Assembly: GCA_964016885.1 (NCBI GenBank)
Contig: OZ024743.1
Span: 339,388,001-339,452,000, forward strand
DNA length: 64,000 nucleotides
Origin: Eledone cirrhosa
Taxonomy: Eukaryota
Reading direction: 5' to 3'
Of this stretch, positions 1-15,000 are shown one piece after another. Position 1 is the stretch's first letter; the number at the start of each line of letters is the position of its first letter. The notes under the pieces were generated by a model that saw only the letters and a program-made list of their open reading frames with translations, ran no database searches and was not told the DNA's origin. Made by a program: the position numbers and the translations under genes.

Positions 1-3000
1 ATATCTCTTACATACACTTCTGCACACTACCAAGTGGAGCTGGGGTCTATATATCTCTTACATACACTCCTGCACTCTACCAAGTGGAGCTGGAGGTCTA
101 TATATCTCTTACATACACTCCTGCACTCTACCAAGTGGAGATGGGGTTCTATATCTCTCTTACATACACTCCTACACTCTACCAAGTGGAGTTTAGAATC
201 TATATCTCTATTACATACACTCCTGCACTCTACCAAGTGGAGCTGGGAATCTATATCTCTCTTACATACACTCCTGCACTCTACCAAGTGGAGCTGGGAG
301 TCTATATCTCTCTTACATACAGTCCTTCACTCTACCAAGTGGAGTTGGGAGTCTATATTTCTCTTACATACACTCCTGCACTCTACCAAGTGGAGCTGGG
401 AGTCTATATCTCTTACATACACTCCTGCACTCTACCAAGTGGAGTTGGGGGTCTATATCTCTCTTACATACACTCCTGCACTCTACCAAGTGGAGCTGGG
501 AGTCTATATCTCTTACATACACTCCTGCACTCTACCAAGTGGAGTTGGGGGTCTATATCTCTCTTACATACACTCCTGCACTCTACCAAGTGGAGCAGGG
601 AGTCTATATCTCTTACATACACTTCTGCACTCTACCAAGTGGAGCTGGGAGTCTATATCTCTATTACATACACTCCTGCACTCTACCAAGTGGAGCTGGG
701 AGTCTATATCTCTCTTACATACACTCCTGCACTCTACCAAGTGGAGTTGGAGGTCTATATCTCTCTTACATACACTCCTGCACTCTACCAAGTGGAGTTG
801 GGGGTCTATATCTCTCTTACGTACACTCCTGCACTCTACCAAGTGGAACTGGGGTCTATATATCTCTTACATACACTCCTGCAGTCTACCAAGTGGAGTT
901 GGGGGTCTATATCTCTCTTACGTACACTCCTGCACTCTACCAAGTGGAACTGGGGTCTATATATCTCTTACATACACTTCTGCACTCTACCAAGTGGAGC
1001 TGGGGTCTATATATCTCTTACATACACTCCTGCACTCTACCAAGTGGAGCTGGGGTCTATATCTCTCCTACATACACCTCCTGCACTCTACGAAGTGGAA
1101 CTGGGGTCTATATATCTCTTACATACACTTCTGCACTCTACCAAGTGGAGCTGGGGTCTATATATCTCTTACATACACTCCTGCACTCTACCAAGTGGAG
1201 CTGGGGTCTATATCTCTCCTACATACACTCCTGCACTCTACCAAGTGGAACTGGGGTCTATATATCTCTTACATACACTCCTGCACTCTACCAAGTGGAG
1301 TTGGGGGTCTATATCTCTCTTACGTACACTCCTGCACTCTACCAAGTGGAGCTGGGGTCTATATATCTCTTACATACACTCCTGCACTCTACCAAGTGGA
1401 GTTGGGGGTCTATATCTCTCTTACATACACTCCTGCACTCTACCAAGTGGAGTTGGGGGTCTATATCTCGCTTACATACACTTCTGCACTCTACCAAGTG
1501 GAACTGGGGTTCTATATTTCTCTTACATACACTCCTTCACTCTACCAAGTGGAGTTGGGGGTCTATATCTCTTACATACAATCCTGCCCTCTACCAAGTG
1601 GAGTTGGGGGGTTCCATCTCTCTTACATACACTCCTGCACTCTACCAAGTGGAGCTGGGAGTCTATATCTCTCTTACATACACTCCTGCACTCTACCAAG
1701 TGGAGCTGGGAGTCTATATCTCTCTTACATACACTCCTGCACTCTACCAAGTAGAGTTGGGGGGTCTATATCTCTCTTACATACACTCCTGCACTCTACC
1801 AAGTGGAGTTCGGGGTCTATATCTCTCTTACGTACACTCCTGCACTCTACCAAGTGGAACTGGGGTCTATATATCTCTTACATACACTCCTGCAGTCTAC
1901 CAAGTGGAGTTGGGGGTCTATATCTCTCTTACGTACACTCCTGCACTCTACCAAGTGGAACTGGGGTCTATATATCTCTTACATACACTTCTGCACTCTA
2001 CCAAGTGGAGCTGGGGTCTATATATCTCTTACATACACTCCTGCACTCTACCAAGTGGAGCTGGGGTCTATATCTCTCCTACATACACTCCTGCACTCTA
2101 CCAAGTGGAACTGGGGTCTATACATCTCTTACATACACTCCTGCACTCTACCAAGTGGAGTTGGGGGTCTATATCTCTCTTACGTACACTCCTGCACTCT
2201 ACCAAGTGGAACTGGGGTCTATATATCTCTTACATACACTTCTGCACTCTACCAAGTGGAGGTGGGGTCTATATATCTCTTACATACACTCCTGCACTCT
2301 ACCAAGTGGAGCTGGGAGTCTATATCTCTCTTACATACACTCCTGCACTCTACCAAGTGGAGTTGGGGTCTATATCTCTCTTACATACACTCCTGCACTC
2401 TACCAAGTGGAGTTGGGAGTCTATATCTCTCTTACATACACTCCTGCACTCTACCAAGTGGAGCTGGGGTCTATATATCTCTTACATACACTCCTGCACT
2501 CTACCAAGTGGAGCTGGAGGTCTATATATCTCTTACATACACTCCTGCACTCTACCAAGTGGAGATGGGGTTCTATATCTCTCTTACATACACTCCTACA
2601 CTCTACCAAGTGGAGTTAGAATCTATATCTCTCTTACATACACTCCTGCACTCTACCAAGTGGAGCTGAGAGTCTATATCTCTATTACATACACTCCTGC
2701 ACTCTACCAAGTGGATCTGGGAGTCTATATCTCTCTTACATATACTCCTGCACTCTACCAAGTGGAGCTGGAGGTCTATATCTCTCTTACATACACTCCT
2801 GCATTCTACCAAGTGGAGTTGTGGGTCTATATCTCTTTTACATACACTCCTGCACTCTACCAAGTGGAGCTGGGGTTCTATATCTCTCTTACATACACTC
2901 CTGCACTCTACCAAGTGGAGCTGGGGTTCTATATCTCTTACATACAATCCTGCCCTCTACCAAGTGGAGTTGGGGGGTTCTATCTCTCTTACATACACTC

Positions 3001-6000
3001 CTGAACTCTACCAAGTGGAGCTGGGGTTCTATATCTCCCTTACATACACTCCTGCACTCTACCAAGTGGAGCTGGGAGTCTATATCTCTTACATACACTT
3101 CTGCACTCTACCAAGTGGAGCTGGGAGTCTATATCTCTATTACATACACTCCTGCACTCTACCAAGTGGAGCTGGGAGTCTATATCTCTCTTACATACAC
3201 TCCTGCACTCTACCAAGTGGAGTTGGGAGTCTATATCTCTCTTACATACACTCCTTCACTCTACCAAGTGGAGTTGGGAGTCTATATTTCTCTTACATAC
3301 ACTCCTGCACTCTACCAAGTGGAGTTGCGGGGTCTATATCTCTCTTACATACACTCCTGCACTCTACCAAGTGGAGCTGGGAGTCTATATCTCTTACATA
3401 CACTCCTGCACTCTACCAAGTGGAGTTGGGGGGTCTATATCTCTCTTACATACACTCCTGCACTCTACCAAGTGGAACTGGGGTCTATATATCTCTTACA
3501 TACACTCCTGCACTCTACCAAGTGGAGCTGGGAGTCTATATCTCTTACATACACTTCTGCACTCTACCAAGTGGAGCTGGGAGTCTATATCTCTATTACA
3601 TACACTCCTGCACTCTACCAAGTGGAGCTGGGAGTGTATATCTCTCTTACATACACTCCTGCACTCTACCAAGTGGAGTTGGGGGTCTATATCTCTCTTA
3701 CATACACTCCTGCACTCTACCAAGTGGAGTTGGGGGTCTATATCTCTCTTACGTACACTCCTGCACTCTACCAAGTGGAACTGGGGTCTATATATCTCTT
3801 ACATACACTCCTGCAGTCTACCAAGTGGAGTTGGGGGTCTATATCTCTCTTACGTACACTCCTGCACTCTACCAAGTGGAACTGGGGTCTATATATCTCT
3901 TACATACACTTCTGCACTCTACCAAGTGGAGCTGGGGTCTATATATCTCTTACATACACTCCTGCACTCTACCAAGTGGAGCTGGGGTCTATATCTCTCC
4001 TACATACACTCCTGCACTCTACCAAGTGGAACTGGGGTCTATATATCTCTTACATACACTCCTGCACTCTACCAAGTGGAGTTGGGGGTCTATATCTCTC
4101 TTACGTACACTCCTGCACTCTACCAAGTGGAACTGGGGTCTATATATCTCTTACATACACTTCTGCACTCTACCAAGTGGAGCTGGGGTCTATATATCTC
4201 TTACATACACTCCTGCACTCTACCAAGTGGAGTTGGGGTCTATATCTCTCTTACATACACTCCTGCACTCTACCAAGTGGAGTTGGGAGTCTATATCTCT
4301 CTTACATACACTCCTGCACTCTACCAAGTGGAGCTGGGGTCTATATATCTCTTACATACACTCCTGCACTCTACCAAGTGGAGCTGGAGGTCTATATATC
4401 TCTTACATACACTCCTGCACTCTACCAAGTGGAGCTGGGGTCTATATATCTCTTACATACACTCCTGCACTCTACCAAGTGGAGCTGGATGTCTATATAT
4501 CTCTTACATACACTCCTGCAGTCTACCAAGTGGAGTTGGGGGTCTATATCTCTCTTACGTACACTCCTGCACTCTACCAAGTGGAACTGGGGTCTATATA
4601 TCTCTTACATACACTTCTGCACTCTACCAAGTGGAGCTGGGGTCTATATATCTCTTACATACACTCCTGCACTCTACCAAGTGGAGCTGGGGTCTATATC
4701 TCTCCTACATACACTCCTGCACTCTACCAAGTGGAACTGGGGTCTATACATCTCTTACATACACTCCTGCACTCTACCAAGTGGAGTTGGGGGTCTATAT
4801 CTCTCTTACGTACACTCCTGCACTCTACCAAGTGGAACTGGGGTCTATATATCTCTTACATACACTTCTGCACTCTACCAAGTGGAGCTGGGGTCTATAT
4901 ATCTCTTACATAACTCCTGCACTCTACCAAGTGGAGCTGGGAGTCTATATCTCTCTTACATACACTCCTGCACTCTACCAAGTGGAGTTGGGGTCTATAT
5001 CTCTCTTACATACACTCCTGCACTCTACCAAGTGGAGTTGGGAGTCTATATCTCTCTTACATACACTCCTGCACTCTACCAAGTGGAGCTGGGGTCTATA
5101 TATCTCTTACATACACTCCTGCACTCTACCAAGTGGAGCTGGAGGTCTATATATCTCTTACATACACTCCTGCACTCTACCAAGTGGAGATGGGGTTCTA
5201 TATCTCTCTTACATACACTCCTACATTCTACCAAGTGGAGTTTAGAATCTATATCTCTCTTACATACACTCCTGCACTCTACCAAGTGGAGCTGAGAGTC
5301 TATATCTCTATTACATACACTCCTGCACTCTACCAAGTGGAGCTGGGAGTCTATATCTCTTACATACAATCCTGCCCTCTACCAAGTGGAGTTGGGGGGT
5401 TCTATCTCTCTTACATACACTCCTGAACTCTACCAAGTGGAGCTGGGGTTCTATATCTCCCTTACATACACTCCTGCACTCTACCAAGTGGAGCTGGGAG
5501 TCTATATCTCTTACATACACTTCTGCACTCTACCAAGTGGAGCTGGGAGTCTATATCTCTATTACATACACTCCTGCACTCTACCAAGTGGAGCTGGGAA
5601 TCTATATCTCTCTTACATACACTCCTGCACTCTACCAAGTGGAGCTGGGAGTCTATATCTCTCTTACATACACTCCTTCACTCTACCAAGTGGAGTTGGG
5701 AGTCTATATTTCTCTTACATACACTCCTGCACTCTACCAAGTGGAGTTGCGGGGTCTATATCTCTCTTACATACACTCCTGCACTCTACCAAGTGGAGCT
5801 GGGAGTCTATATCTCTTACATACACTCCTGCACTCTACCAAGTGGAGTTGGGGGTCTATATCTCTCTTACATACACTCCTGCACTCTACCAAGTGGAACT
5901 GGGGTCTATATATCTCTTACATACACTCCTGCACTCTACCAAGTGGAGCTGGGAGTCTATATCTCTTACATACACTCCTGCACTCTACCAAGTGGAGCTG

Positions 6001-9000
6001 GGGCCTTATATCTCTATTACATACACTCCTGCACTCTACCAAGTGGAGCTGGGAGTCTATATCTCTCTTACATACACTCCTGCACTCTACCAAGTGGAGT
6101 TGGGGGTCTATATCTCTCTTACATACACTCCTGCACTCTACCAAGTGGAACTGGGGTCTATATATCTCTTACATACACTCCTGCACTCTACCAAGTGGAG
6201 CTGGGAGTCTATATCTCTTACATACACTTCTGCACTCTACCAAGTGGAGCTGGGAGTCTATATCTCTATTACATACACTCCTGCACTCTACCAAGTGGAG
6301 CTGGGAGTGTATATCTCTCTTACATACACTCCTGCACTCTACCAAGTGGAGTTGGGGGTCTATATCTCTCTTACATACACTCCTGCACTCTACCAAGTGG
6401 AGTTGGGGGTCTATATCTCTCTTACGTACACTCCTGCACTCTACCAAGTGGAACTGGGGTCTATATATCTCTTACATACACTCCTGCAGTCTACCAAGTG
6501 GAGTTGGGGGTCTATATCTCTCTTACGTACACTCCTGCACTCTACCAAGTGGAACTGGGGTCTATATATCTCTTACATACACTTCTGCACTCTACCAAGT
6601 GGAGCTGGGGTCTATATATCTCTTACATACACTCCTGCACTCTACCAAGTGGAGCTGGGGTCTATATCTCTCCTACATACACTCCTGCACTCTACCAAGT
6701 GGAACTGGGGTCTATATATCTCTTACATACACTCCTGCACTCTACCAAGTGGAGTTGGGGGTCTATATCTCTCTTACGTACACTCCTGCACTCTACCAAG
6801 TGGAACTGGGGTCTATATATCTCTTACATACACTTCTGCACTCTACCAAGTGGAGCTGGGGTCTATATATCTCTTACATACACTCCTGCACTCTACCAAG
6901 TGGAGTTGGGGTCTATATCTCTCTTACATACACTCCTGCACTCTACCAAGTGGAGTTGGGAGTCTATATCTCTCTTACATACACTCCTGCACTCTACCAA
7001 GTGGAGCTGGGGTCTATATATCTCTTACATACACTCCTGCACTCTACCAAGTGGAGCTGGAGGTCTATATATCTCTTACATACACTCCTGCACTCTACCA
7101 AGTGGAGCTGGGGTCTATATATCTCTTACATACACTCCTGCACTCTACCAAGTGGAGCTGGATGTCTATATATCTCTTACATACACTCCTGCAGTCTACC
7201 AAGTGGAGTTGGGGGTCTATATCTCTCTTACGTGCACTCCTGCACTCTACCAAGTGGAACTGGGGTCTATATATCTCTTACATACACTTCTGCACTCTAC
7301 CAAGTGGAGCTGGGGTCTATATATCTCTTACATACACTCCTGCACTCTACCAAGTGGAGCTGGGGTCTATATCTCTCCTACATACACTCCTGCACTCTAC
7401 CAAGTGGAACTGGGGTCTATACATCTCTTACATACACTCCTGCACTCTACCAAGTGGAGTTGGGGGTCTATATCTCTCTTACGTACACTCCTGCACTCTA
7501 CCAAGTGGAACTGGGGTCTATATATCTCTTACATACACTTCTGCACTCTACCAAGTGGAGCTGGGGTCTATATATCTCTTACATAACTCCTGCACTCTAC
7601 CAAGTGGAGCTGGGAGTCTATATCTCTCTTACATACACTCCTGCACTCTACCAAGTGGAGTTGGGGTCTATATCTCTCTTACATACACTCCTGCACTCTA
7701 CCAAGTGGAGTTGGGAGTCTATATCTCTCTTACATACACTCCTGCACTCTACCAAGTGGAGCTGAGAGTCTATATCTCTATTACATACACTCCTGCACTC
7801 TACCAAGTGGAGCTGGGAGTCTATATCTCTTACATACAATCCTGCCCTCTACCAAGTGGAGTTGGGGGGTTCTATCTCTCTTACATACACTCCTGAACTC
7901 TACCAAGTGGAGCTGGGGTTCTATATCTCCCTTACATACACTCCTGCACTCTACCAAGTGGAGCTGGGAGTCTATATCTCTTACATACACTTCTGCACTC
8001 TACCAAGTGGAGCTGGGAGTCTATATCTCTCTTACATACACTCCTGCACTCTACCAAGTGGAGTTGGGGTCTATATCTCTCTTACATACACTCCTGCACT
8101 CTACCAAGTGGAGTTGGGAGTCTATATCTCTCTTACATACACTCCTGCACTCTACCAAGTGGAGCTGGGGTCTATATATCTCTTACATACACTCCTGCAC
8201 TCTACCAAGTGGAGCTGGAGGTCTATATATCTCTTACATACACTCCTGCACTCTACCAAGTGGAGATGGGGTTCTATATCTCTCTTACATACACTCCTAC
8301 ATTCTACCAAGTGGAGTTTAGAATCTATATCTCTCTTACATACACTCCTGCACTCTACCAAGTGGAGCTGAGAGTCTATATCTCTATTACATACACTCCT
8401 GCACTCTACCAAGTGGAGCTGGGAGTCTATATCTCTTACATACAATCCTGCCCTCTACCAAGTGGAGTTGGGGGGTTCTATCTCTCTTACATACACTCCT
8501 GAACTCTACCAAGTGGAGCTGGGGTTCTATATCTCCCTTACATACACTCCTGCACTCTACCAAGTGGAGCTGGGAGTCTATATCTCTTACATACACTTCT
8601 GCACTCTACCAAGTGGAGCTGGGAGTCTATATCTCTATTACATACACTCCTGCACTCTACCAAGTGGAGCTGGGAATCTATATCTCTCTTACATACACTC
8701 CTGCACTCTACCAAGTGGAGCTGGGAGTCTATATCTCTCTTACATACACTCCTTCACTCTACCAAGTGGAGTTGGGAGTCTATATTTCTCTTACATACAC
8801 TCCTGCACTCTACCAAGTGGAGTTGCGGGGTCTATATCTCTCTTACATACACTCCTGCACTCTACCAAGTGGAGCTGGGAGTCTATATCTCTTACATACA
8901 CTCCTGCACTCTACCAAGTGGAGTTGGGGGTCTATATCTCTCTTACATACACTCCTGCACTCTACCAAGTGGAACTGGGGTCTATATATCTCTTACATAC

Positions 9001-12000
9001 ACTCCTGCACTCTACCAAGTGGAGCTGGGAGTCTATATCTCTTACATACACTCCTGCACTCTACCAAGTGGAGCTGGGGCCTTATATCTCTATTACATAC
9101 ACTCCTGCACTCTACCAAGTGGAGCTGGGAGTCTATATCTCTCTTACATACACTCCTGCACTCTACCAAGTGGAGTTGGGGGTCTATATCTCTCTTACAT
9201 ACACTCCTGCACTCTACCAAGTGGAACTGGGGTCTATATATCTCTTACATACACTCCTGCACTCTACCAAGTGGAGCTGGGAGTCTATATCTCTTACATA
9301 CACTTCTGCACTCTACCAAGTGGAGCTGGGAGTCTATATCTCTATTACATACACTCCTGCACTCTACCAAGTGGAGCTGGGAGTGTATATCTCTCTTACA
9401 TACACTCCTGCACTCTACCAAGTGGAGTTGGGGGTCTATATCTCTCTTACATACACTCCTGCACTCTACCAAGTGGAGTTGGGGGTCTATATCTCTCTTA
9501 CGTACACTCCTGCACTCTACCAAGTGGAACTGGGGTCTATATATCTCTTACATACACTCCTGCAGTCTACCAAGTGGAGTTGGGGGTCTATATCTCTCTT
9601 ACGTACACTCCTGCACTCTACCAAGTGGAACTGGGGTCTATATATCTCTTACATACACTTCTGCACTCTACCAAGTGGAGCTGGGGTCTATATATCTCTT
9701 ACATACACTCCTGCACTCTACCAAGTGGAGCTGGGGTCTATATCTCTCCTACATACACTCCTGCACTCTACCAAGTGGAACTGGGGTCTATATATCTCTT
9801 ACATACACTCCTGCACTCTACCAAGTGGAGTTGGGGGTCTATATCTCTCTTACGTACACTCCTGCACTCTACCAAGTGGAACTGGGGTCTATATATCTCT
9901 TACATACACTTCTGCACTCTACCAAGTGGAGCTGGGGTCTATATATCTCTTACATACACTCCTGCACTCTACCAAGTGGAGTTGGGGTCTATATCTCTCT
10001 TACATACACTCCTGCACTCTACCAAGTGGAGTTGGGAGTCTATATCTCTCTTACATACACTCCTGCACTCTACCAAGTGGAGCTGGGGTCTATATATCTC
10101 TTACATACACTCCTGCACTCTACCAAGTGGAGCTGGAGGTCTATATATCTCTTACATACACTCCTGCACTCTACCAAGTGGAGCTGGGGTCTATATATCT
10201 CTTACATACACTCCTGCACTCTACCAAGTGGAGCTGGATGTCTATATATCTCTTACATACACTCCTGCAGTCTACCAAGTGGAGTTGGGGGTCTATATCT
10301 CTCTTACGTGCACTCCTGCACTCTACCAAGTGGAACTGGGGTCTATATATCTCTTACATACACTTCTGCACTCTACCAAGTGGAGCTGGGGTCTATATAT
10401 CTCTTACATACACTCCTGCACTCTACCAAGTGGAGCTGGGGTCTATATTTCTCCTACATACACTCCTGCACTCTACCAAGTGGAACTGGGGTCTATACAT
10501 CTCTTACATACACTCCTGCACTCTACCAAGTGGAGTTGGGGGTCTATATCTCTCTTACATACACTCCTGCACTCTACCAAGTGGAACTGGGGTCTATATA
10601 TCTCTTACATACACTTCTGCACTCTACCAAGTGGAGCTGGGGTCTATATACCTCTTACATAACTCCTGCACTCTACCAAGTGGAGCTGGGAGTCTATATC
10701 TCTCTTACATACACTCCTGCACTCTACCAAGTGGAGTTGGGGTCTATATCTCTCTTACATACACTCCTGCACTCTACCAAGTGGAGTTGGGAGTCTATAT
10801 CTCTCTTACATACACTCCTGCACTCTACCAAGTGGAGCTGAGAGTCTATATCTCTATTACATACACTCCTGCACTCTACCAAGTGGAGCTGGGAGTCTAT
10901 ATCTCTTACATACAATCCTGCCCTCTACCAAGTGGAGTTGGGGGGTTCTATCTCTCTTACATACACTCCTGAACTCTACCAAGTGGAGCTGGGGTTCTAT
11001 ATCTCCCTTACATACACTCCTGCACTCTACCAAGTGGAGCTGGGAGTCTATATCTCTTACATACACTTCTGCACTCTACCAAGTGGAGCTGGGAGTCTAT
11101 ATCTCTATTACATACACTCCTGCACTCTACCAAGTGGAGCTGGGAATCTATATCTCTCTTACATACACTCCTGCACTCTACCAAGTGGAGCTGGGAGTCT
11201 ATATCTCTCTTACATACACTCCTTCACTCTACGAAGTGGAGTTGGGAGTCTATATTTCTCTTACATACACTCCTGCACTCTACCAAGTGGAGTTGCGGGG
11301 TCTATATCTCTCTTACATACACTCCTGCACTCTACCAAGTGGAGCTGGGAGTCTATATCTCTTACATACACTCCTGCACTCTACCAAGTGGAGTTGGGGG
11401 TCTATATCTCTCTTACATACACTCCTGCACTCTACCAAGTGGAACTGGGGTCTATATATCTCTAACATACACTCCTGCACTCTACCAAGTGGAGCTGGGA
11501 GTCTATATCTCTTACATACACTCCTGCACTCTACCAAGTGGAGCTGGGGCCTTATATCTCTATTACATACACTCCTGCACTCTACCAAGTGGAGCTGGGA
11601 GTCTATATCTCTCTTACATACACTCCTGCACTCTACCAAGTGGAGTTGGGGGTCTATATCTCTCTTACATACACTCCTGCACTCTACCAAGTGGAGTTGG
11701 GGGTCTATATCTCTCTTACGTACACTCCTGCACTCTACCAAGTGGAACTGGGGTCTATATATCTCTTACATACACTCCTGCAGTCTACCAAGTGGAGTTG
11801 GGGGTCTACATCTCTCTTACGTACACTCCTGCACTCTACCAAGTGGAACTGGGGTCTATATATCTCTTACATACACTTCTGCACTCTACCAAGTGGAGCT
11901 GGGGTCTATATATCTCTTACATACACTCCTGCACTCTACCAAGTGGAGCTGGGGTCTATATCTCTCCTACATACACTCCTGCACTCTACCAAGTGGAACT

Positions 12001-15000
12001 GGGGTCTATATATCTCTTACATACACTCCTGCACTCTACCAAGTGGAGTTGGGGGTCTATATCTCTCTTACATACACTCCTGCATTCTACCAAGTGGAGT
12101 TGTGGGTCTATATCTCTTTTACATACACTCCTGCACTCTACCAAGTGGAGCTGGGGTTCTATATCTCTCTTACATACACTCCTGCACTCTACCAAGTGGA
12201 GCTGGGGTTCTATATCTCTTACATACAATCCTGCCCTCTACCAAGTGGAGTTGGGGGGTTCTATCTCTCTTACATACACTCCTGAACTCTACCAAGTGGA
12301 GCTGGGGTTCTATATCTCCCTTACATACACTCCTGCACTCTACCAAGTGGAGCTGGGAGTCTATATCTCTTACATACACTTCTGCACTCTACCAAGTGGA
12401 GCTGGGAGTCTATATCTCTATTACATACACTCCTGCACTCTACCAAGTGGAGCTGGGAGTCTATATCTCTCTTACATACACTCCTGCACTCTACCAAGTG
12501 GAGTTGGGAGTCTATATCTCTCTTACATACACTCATTCACTCTACCAAGTGGAGTTGGGAGTCTATATTTCTCTTACATACACTCCTGCACTCTACCAAG
12601 TGGAGTTGCGGGGTCTATATCTCTCTTACATACACTCCTGCACTCTACCAAGTGGAGCTGGGAGTCTATATCTCTTACATACACTCCTGCACTCTACCAA
12701 GTGGAGTTGGGGGGTCTATATCTCTCTTACATACACTCCTGCACTCTACCAAGTGGAACTGGGGTCTATATATCTCTTACATACACTCCTGCACTCTACC
12801 AAGTGGAGCTGGGAGTCTATATCTCTTACATACACTTCTGCACTCTACCAAGTGGAGCTGGGAGTCTATATCTCTATTACATACACTCCTGCACTCTACC
12901 AAGTGGAGCTGGGAGTGTATATCTCTCTTACATACACTCCTGCACTCTACCAAGTGGAGCTGGGAGTCTATATCTCTCTTACATACACTCCTGCACTCTA
13001 CCAAGTGGAGTTGGGGGTCTATATCTCTCTTACATACACTCCTGCACTCTACCAAGTAGAGTTGGGGGGTCTATATCTCTCTTACATACACTCCTGCACT
13101 CTACCAAGTGGAGTTGGGGGTCTATATCTCTCTTACGTACACTCCTGCACTCTACCAAGTGGAACTGGGGTCTATATATCTCTTACATACACTCCTGCAG
13201 TCTACCAAGTGGAGTTGGGGGTCTATATCTCTCTTACGTACACTCCTGCACTCTACCAAGTGGAACTGGGGTCTATATATCTCTTACATACACTTCTGCA
13301 CTCTACCAAGTGGAGCTGGGGTCTATATATCTCTTACATACACTCCTGCACTCTACCAAGTGGAGCTGGGGTCTATATCTCTCCTACATACACTCCTGCA
13401 CTCTACCAAGTGGAACTGGGGTCTATACATCTCTTACATACACTCCTGCACTCTACCAAGTGGAGTTGGGGGTCTATATCTCTCTTACGTACACTCCTGC
13501 ACTCTACCAAGTGGAACTGGGGTCTATATATCTCTTACATACACTTCTGCACTCTACCAAGTGGAGCTGGGGTCTATATATCTCTTACATACACTCCTGC
13601 ACTCTACCAAGTGGAGCTGGGAGTCTATATCTCTCTTACATACACTCCTGCACTCTACCAAGTGGAGTTGGGAGTCTATATCTCTCTTACATACACTCCT
13701 GCACTCTACCAAGTGGAGTTGGGAGTCTATATCTCTCTTACATACACTCCTGCACTCTACCAAGTGGAGCTGGGGTCTATATATCTCTTACATACACTCC
13801 TGCACTCTACCAAGTGGAGCTGGAGGTCTATATATCTCTTACATACACTCCTGCACTCTACCAAGTGGAGATGGGGTTCTATATCTCTCTTACATACACT
13901 CCTACACTCTACCAAGTGGAGTTAGTATCTATATCTCTCTTACATACACTCCTGCACTCTACCAAGTGGAGCTGAGAGTCTATATCTCTATTACATACAC
14001 TCCTGCACTCTACCAAGTGGAGCTGGGAGTCTATATCTCTCTTACATATACTCCTGCACTCTACCAAGTGGAGCTGGAGGTCTATATCTCTCTTACATAC
14101 ACTCCTGCATTCTACCAAGTGGAGTTGTGGGTCTATATCTCTTTTACATACACTCCTGCACTCTACCAAGTGGAGCTGGGGTTCTATATCTCTCTTACAT
14201 ACACTCCTGCACTCTACCAAGTGGAGCTGGGGTTCTATATCTCTTACATACAATCCTGCCCTCTACCAAGTGGAGTTGGGGGGTTCTATCTCTCTTACAT
14301 ACACTCCTGAACTCTACCAAGTGGAGCTGGGGTTCTATATCTCCCTTACATACACTCCTGCACTCTACCAAGTGGAACTGGGAGTCTATATCTCTTACAT
14401 ACACTTCTGCACTCTACCAAGTGGAGCTGGGAGTCTATATCTCTATTATATACACTCCTGCACTCTACCAAGTGAGGCTGGGAGTCTATATCTCTCTTAC
14501 ATACACTCCTGCACTCTACCAAGTGGAGTTGGGAGTCTATATCTCTCTTACATACACTCCTTCACTCTACCAAGTGGAGTTGGGAGTCTATATTTCTCTT
14601 ACATACACTCCTGCACTCTACCAAGTGGAGTTGCGGGGTCTATATCTCTTTTACATACACTCCTGCACTCTACCAAGTGGAGCTGGGAGTCTATATCTCT
14701 TACATACACTCCTGCACTCTACCAAGTGGAGTTGGGGGTCTATATCTCTCTTACATACACTCCTGCACTCTACCAAGTGGAACTGGGGTCTATATATCTC
14801 TTACATACACTCCTGCACTCTACCAAGTGGAGCTGGGAGTCTATATCTCTTACATACACTTCTGCACTCTACCAAGTGGAGCTGGGAGTCTATATCTCTA
14901 TTACATACACTCCTGCACTCTACCAAGTGGAGCTGGGAGTGTATATCTCTCTTACATACACTCCTGCACTCTACCAAGTGGAGTTGGGGGTCTATATCTC